Shown piece by piece: positions 20,476-25,813 of a DNA stretch of 25,813 bases (positions are counted from its first letter, which is position 1; every line of letters starts with the position of its first letter). Origin of the DNA: Chiloscyllium plagiosum (taxonomy: Eukaryota). The notes beneath the pieces were generated by a model. The model made no database searches. It was not told the DNA's origin and was given only the letters and a program-made list of their open reading frames with translations. Both the position numbers and the translations under genes were made by a program. The stretch is taken from NCBI RefSeq assembly GCF_004010195.1, contig NC_057754.1:13584506-13610318 (forward strand). Reading direction: 5' to 3'.

Positions 20476-23400
20476 AGGAAAGGAGAGTCGCTAATTTAAA
20501 TCTTTAAAACCTTACCTCGAGCGTCGGAGTCCTCCATTTCTGTTTTCAGCAGCAAGAAGAGCGGGTGCTTGGACCAGGGGCCTGCCGGGAAAGGTGAGTC
20601 ACTAATTTAAATCTTTACATCTGACATCGGGGAGCAGAGGGTTCTGGGAAAAGAGGGACTTCTTCCCCTCAGCTAAATAAATGAGTGCTTTCTAAACCCG
20701 ATATCCTACCCTTGTAGGCCTCCTGTCCATCCATCTCCTCTAAACTTAAACACCAGGGACACATCAGGTAAGCTTCTCTTGAGGGAACTAGAAAGGATGA
20801 CAGTGCAGGGAGAGAAATGTTCCTCCTGCACGATGTTTGAGGTGTAGGACGCTATTAGTGTCCTATCCAAGTACATCTGCAGAAAGTGCATCTAGCTCTT
20901 GCTCCTCCAAGACCGCATTAGGGAACTGGAGCGAAAGCTGGATCAACTTGTTTTTTTTTTCGGTAGGCAGAGTCTGTGATAGATAAGAGTTACTGGGAGT
21001 AGTTACTCCTATGCACGAAGAAAGCTGGGTAACTGTTAGAAGGGACATAAAACAGTCAGTGCAGGGATCATTCACCTGGAAAACAAGTATACCATTTTGG
21101 ATACTGTTGGCGGGATGACTTCCCAGGGGCAAGCATTGGGGTGCAGTTCTCTGGTGCAGAGTTTGTCCCTGTTCTACAGAAGGGTAGGGGGGAAAGGAGG
21201 TTAGTCATTGGGAACTCAATAATCAGAGGGTCAGACAGAAGATTTCTTGGGAACGAAAGAGACTCACCGTTGGTGTGTTGCCTCCCAGGTGCCATGGTCC
21301 ATGTTGCCTTAGATCGGTTATTTGGGTTCCTGAAGGAAGTGGGTGACCAGCCACAAATCATGGTCCACACGACATATGTAGAAAGAGGGATAGGTATGTA
21401 AGCCAGGATTTCGTGAAGCTAGGGTGGAAGCTGAGAGCACGAACAAAGTTGTTAACTCTGGTTTGTTACCTGTGCCACATGATAGTAAGGCGAGAAACAG
21501 GCAGAGATATGACCTGAACACGAGGCTGCAGGGATAATGCTGGAGGGAGCATTTCAGGTATATGTATAATTTGGCCTCATTCTGGGAAAGGTGGGACTTC
21601 TACAAACAGGATGGTCTTCACTTGAACCAGAGGGGTACTAATATTCTGGGTGGGAAATTTGCTAGAGCTATTCAGGTGGGTTAACTCGCTCAGCAGGGGG
21701 ATATGAACCTGTGGCGTAGTTCCAGTGCACAGGAGACTTTGAGTAGGGAGGGCATGGACAGAATTTCACAGTCAAGGAATGTGCCGGAAGACAGCAAGGT
21801 GGTTGGAAGTGTGCTTCAAAGCCAGAAGTATTTGGAATAAGATAGGTGAGCTTGCAGCATGGATAGGTGCCTGGTACATTGATGTTGTGGCCAATCCAAA
21901 GACATGGATAGAGCAGGGTCAGGAATGGATGTTGCAGATTCCAGGGTTTAGACCTTCCATTAAGATCAGGGAAGGTGGTAAAAGAAGGGGAGGCGTGGCT
22001 TTATTAGTCAAGGATAGTAAAGCAGTGGCTGAAAGAGCTTTTGACAAGGACTCGTCTACTGAGGTGTAATGGCCTGAGGTTAGAAACAGGAGAGGAGAGG
22101 TCACACTGCTGGGAGTGTTTTTATATAGGACTCCACAAATTTCCAGGAATGTGGAGGAGGGGATTGGCAAAACGATTCTGGGTAAGAGTGAAAGGAAAAG
22201 GATGGTCTTTAACTTCCCCAACATTGACTGGAAAAGCTACAAGTCTAGTATGTAGCATGGATCAATTTTTGTCCAATGTGTGCAGGAGGGTTTCTTGACG
22301 CAGTATGTCAAAGGGCCAACAAGAGGGGAAGCCACATTGGATCTGGTGGTTGGTAATGAACCAGGCCAGGTGTTTGCTTTAGTGGGAGGTGAGCAATTTG
22401 GAGAGAGTGACCGTAATTTGGTTATGTTTGGTTTAGCGATTGAAAGAGGTAGGTGCATGCCACAGGGCAAGACTTATAGTTGAGGGAAGAGCAATTATAA
22501 TATTACGCAAGACGGAAGAGGTATAGAATGGGGTAGCAAAATGCAGGGGAGGGGAACTATCGAAATGTGGAGCTGGTTGAAGGAACAGATATTGCATGTC
22601 CTTGATAGGTATGTCCCTGTCAGGCAGGGAGGAAGTGATAAGTTAAGGGAACGGTGGTTACTAAAGAAATTGTATCTCCTGTTAAGCGGAAGAGGGAAGC
22701 TTATGTGACATTGAGATGAGATGGTTCAGATGAGGCGATGGAGAGTTACAGATTAGCTAGCGAGGATTTAAAGGGAGAGTTAAGATGAGCAACGAGGGGA
22801 CATGAGCAGTCATTAGCAGGAAGAATAAATGAGAACCTTAAAGTTTTCTATGGGTATGTGAGGAATAAAACGATGACTAGGGTAGGAATAAGGCCAGTCA
22901 AAGACAGAAGTAGGAAGTTGTGTATAGACCCTGTGGCAATCGCAGAGTTGCTAAACGAATATTTCTCATCTGCTTTCACTCAGGAAAAGGAGAATATTGT
23001 AGAGGAGAAGACGGAGATGCGACTATTGGACTAGAAAGGTGGAGGTTAGTAAGGAAGAGGTGTTATCAACTCGAAAAGATGTGAAAGTAGATAAGTCCCC
23101 TGGAGAGTGGTGGGATTTATCCAAAGATTCTCTGAAATGCTAGGGAGGAGATGGCGGAGGCTTTGGCCTTGATCTTTGAGTCGTCTTTGTCTCCAGGTCG
23201 AGTACCAGAGGACTGGAGGATTGCAAATGTTGTGCTCTTGTTCAAGAAGGACAATAGAGATGACCCAGGTAATTATATATATCTGTGAGCTTTCCGTCTG
23301 TTGTAGGAAAAGTTTTGGAAAAGAGTATATGAGATAGGATTTAAAATCATGTAGCAAGCAATAATTTGATTGGAGATAGTCAACATGGTTTTTTTAAGGG

Positions 23401-24638
23401 AAGTCGTGTCTCACAATCCTCACTGAGTTTTTTTTTTGAGAAGATGACCAAGCATGTGAATGAAGGTATGGCAGTTGACATGGTGTACATGGACTTCAAA
23501 CAAGCCTTTGATTAGATTCCACATTGATAGGCTTTTGGAGATAATGTGGAGGAATGGGATTGATGGTCATTTAGCAGTTTAGATTAGAAACTGGCTTTCT
23601 AAGAAGGCAGCGAGTGGTGGTTGATGAAAAATATTCAGCCTGGAATCCGGTTACTAGTGGTGTGCCACAAGGATCTGTTTTGGACCATTGCTGTTTGTGG
23701 TTTTTATAAATGACTTAGACGCAGGCATAGGTGGATGGGTTAGTAAGTTTGCAGATTACACTAAAGTCGGTGAGTGATGGACAGTGTGGAAGAATGTTGC
23801 AGTTTGCAGGGGGACTTGGACAAACTGCAGAATTGTTCTGAGAGGTGGCAAACGGAATTCAATGCAGATAAATGTGAAGTGATTCACTTTGGGATGAATA
23901 ACAGGAAGGCAGAATACTGGGTTAGTAGAAATATTCTTGGTAGTGTGGATGTGCAGAAAGATCTTGGTGTCCATGTACATAGATCCCTGAAAGTTGCACC
24001 CAGGTTAATATTGCTGTTAAGAAGGCATACGGTATGCTAGGTTTTATTCGTAGAGGGATTGAGTTCCAGAGTCGTGATGTCACACTGCAGCTGCACAAAA
24101 CGCTGCTGTGGCTTCATTTGGAATATTCATTACAGTTTTGGTCGTCCATGACAGGAAGGATGTGGAAGCATTGGAAAAGGTGCAGAGGAGATCTACCAGG
24201 ATGTTGCCTGGTCTGGAGGGAAGGTCGTATGAGGAAAGACTGACAGACTTGGGTCTGTTCTCATTGGAGAATATGGAGCTAAACGGGGATTTAAGAGAGA
24301 CATCCAAGATGATCAGAGGATTAGATATGGTGGACAGTGAGAGTCTGTTTCATAGGATGATGATGTTGGCTTGTACGAGGGGACATAGCTGCAAATTGAG
24401 GGGTGATAGATTTAAGACAGATGTCAGATGCAGTTTTTTGATAATGCCGTGGAAGGCCCTGCCTCCCAATGTAGTTAACCCAGCCACATGAAGGGCATTT
24501 AAACCATCCTTGGATAAATATATGGAAGATGATGGGATAGTGGAGGGGGATGGACTTGGATTAGTTCACAGGTCGGTGCCTCATCGAGGGTCGAAGTGCC
24601 TCTTCTGTGACGTATTGTTCTATATTCTGCGTTCTATA
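20476..24638 (+). mobile_element. Near full-length CR1 LINE (5' UTR, ORF1, ORF2, 3' UTR), inactivated
   Basis: ORF1 from ATG ~20797: CSSCTMFEV..YICRKCI.LLLLQDRIRELERKLDQL (Zn finger/leucine zipper), then SGNH-esterase-like LVIGNSIIRGSDRRF..VCCLPGA..DGLHLN. ORF2: CFKARSIWNKIGEL, RRGGVALLVKD, PTRGEATLDLV, DKSP, MDF..AFD, GVPQGSV, KFADY, LQGDLDKL, LEKVQRRSTRMLPGL. Tail TTCTATATTCTGCGTTCTAT. Many stops and frameshifts. Confidence 0.93.
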
Positions 24639-24639
24639 T

Positions 24640-25600
24640 GGAGGAAGACCAGGAGACTGCACTGTCTGTGGGCTTCGTGTCATAGAGTCTGGCATAAAAG
24701 GATTTGCTGATCTTCAGTATGTCAGGCCGAAATAACGTTACAGATTTAACTTCTCCCTTCAGGCTCTGAGCACAGAGCTCTTTCTGTGCAACATCTCGAA
24801 GAGCAAACGGGAGCACGTGTCATCCTTCTCCACAGTGTGGACCCTGGTTTGGAAGATCATCTTGGAATCTTCGGAGGTAAAGTGTGAGACTTTCAGGCTC
24901 TTCACCTCCTGGATATTGTCCATGGCATCAACACCCATTATCTGTACCTGGGGTAGATTCTGCATGAATCACTGAAGGATGAACACTTCTCCCCATTTAT
25001 CTCTCACACTGAATAAAAATCCTCTTGATGTTTCCCTTGACAAATTCCCACTAGTTTGATGGAGACTCAGAGTGGCTTCACGTTTCTCAAACCTGCGGAT
25101 TCTCTTTTGAGCTCCTCCATGATTTCTCAGAATAGCAGTTACACATTCAGATTCCACGTTCCCTTGCTGACCAGCAGGAGGCAGTGATCAGAGGAAAAAT
25201 ACTGGTTTGACGTTGATGAATTTCATAAAAACCAATCCCAGCTGGTATAATCTCACTTAACAGGTGAAACACACAAGCCCTGGTAACCGTCCCTCATTCC
25301 CTTCCTCATGAATTTTTCTTTTTAGATGGCAGGCATTGACATGACAGGCAGCATTCAGGCTCCTGAGTCCGTTTGATTGCGATCACCAGGCCCAGTAAAA
25401 TCATTCTTTCTTCTTTGCTGTTGCGTCTTTATTTTTAGCTTCTGTTTCTTGTCCAAATGATGGTGGAGGAAGATGACAGCAGCGACGCCCACAGCAGTGG
25501 CATTGTCAACCTGGAACAAGAATCCTGCTGTTGGGAGTGGGGTCGATGTGGTAGGTCGAGGTACACAATCTTGTTTGTTTTTTTTGAACCAGTATTAATG
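24640..25600 (-). mobile_element. Tx1/L1-clade LINE fragments (ORF2 EN end and tether; upstream part possibly ORF1)
   Basis: Minus-strand FSSDHCLL (EN SDH motif, ~25175-25200), SKMIFQTRVHTVEKDDTCSRLLF (RSR..W.E.GE..SRFF-like) and DILKISKSFYARLYD, typical of Tx1/L1 ORF2. The region beyond 25240 is less certain. Confidence 0.7.
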
Positions 25601-25644
25601 AAACAGTGGAACTGAGGTGTAAAAGCAGGAAGCTTGCAGCATTC

Positions 25645-25813
25645 ACTACCTTTTATCTTAGCCTGCTGGACACACTTTCCTCATTCCTGAAGAAGGGATT
25701 ATGCTCGAAACGTCGATTCTCCTGTTCCTTGGATGCTGCCTGACCTGCTGCGCTTTTCCAGCAACACATTTTCAGCTCTGATCTCCAGCATCTGCAGCCC
25801 TCACTTTCTCTCA
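25645..25813 (+). mobile_element. Penelope 3'/pLTR fragment with hammerhead core (25687-25714)
   Basis: CCTCATTC-CTGAAGA-A-GGGA-TTAT-GCTC-GAAA-CGTC-GATTCTCC..GGATGCTGCCTGACCTGCTGCGCTTTTCCAGCA..CTCCAGCATCTGCAGCCCTCACTTTCTC; same family as 16217-16348. Confidence 0.8.

Noticed and set aside
19975..23610. Inverted CR1 RT fragment next to the full-length CR1 as a twin-priming inversion
   Set aside because: The plus copy retains its own version of this region and the two differ substantially, so they are independent insertions.
1..25813. Prokaryotic systems (CRISPR arrays, operons, retrons) suggested by the RT ORFs; functional tRNA genes
   Set aside because: All RTs are eukaryotic non-LTR/PLE types, no repeat-spacer array is present, and the tRNA-like sequences are SINE heads.

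Overview
Repeat-rich vertebrate genomic DNA, most likely from a shark: it carries an HE1/V-SINE, a SacSINE1/DeuSINE-type head and shark-type CR1 LINEs. There are two assembly gaps (1481-1980, 6406-7293) and no intact host gene. The non-repeat islands hold at least four decayed T-cell-receptor V(alpha/delta)-like segments with leaders and 23-bp-spacer RSS remnants, in both orientations, plus a probable fifth. Most of the rest is retroelements: a Penelope-like RT, several CR1 copies (one near full length at 20476-24638, one young), a Tx1/L1 fragment and Penelope terminal-repeat pieces with minimal hammerhead ribozyme cores. Three things stand out. (i) A minus-strand LINE (4648-9568) whose 5' end is a tRNA-derived Pol III SINE head plus Deu-type body, joined directly to an EN-RT ORF with no ORF1. 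(ii) A phase-consistent multi-exon pseudogene candidate (17466-19131, minus) resembling a tyrosine-motif type II membrane receptor among the V segments. (iii) Hammerhead motifs, one inside a long hairpin. Family names come from motif recognition only; no database searches were run.
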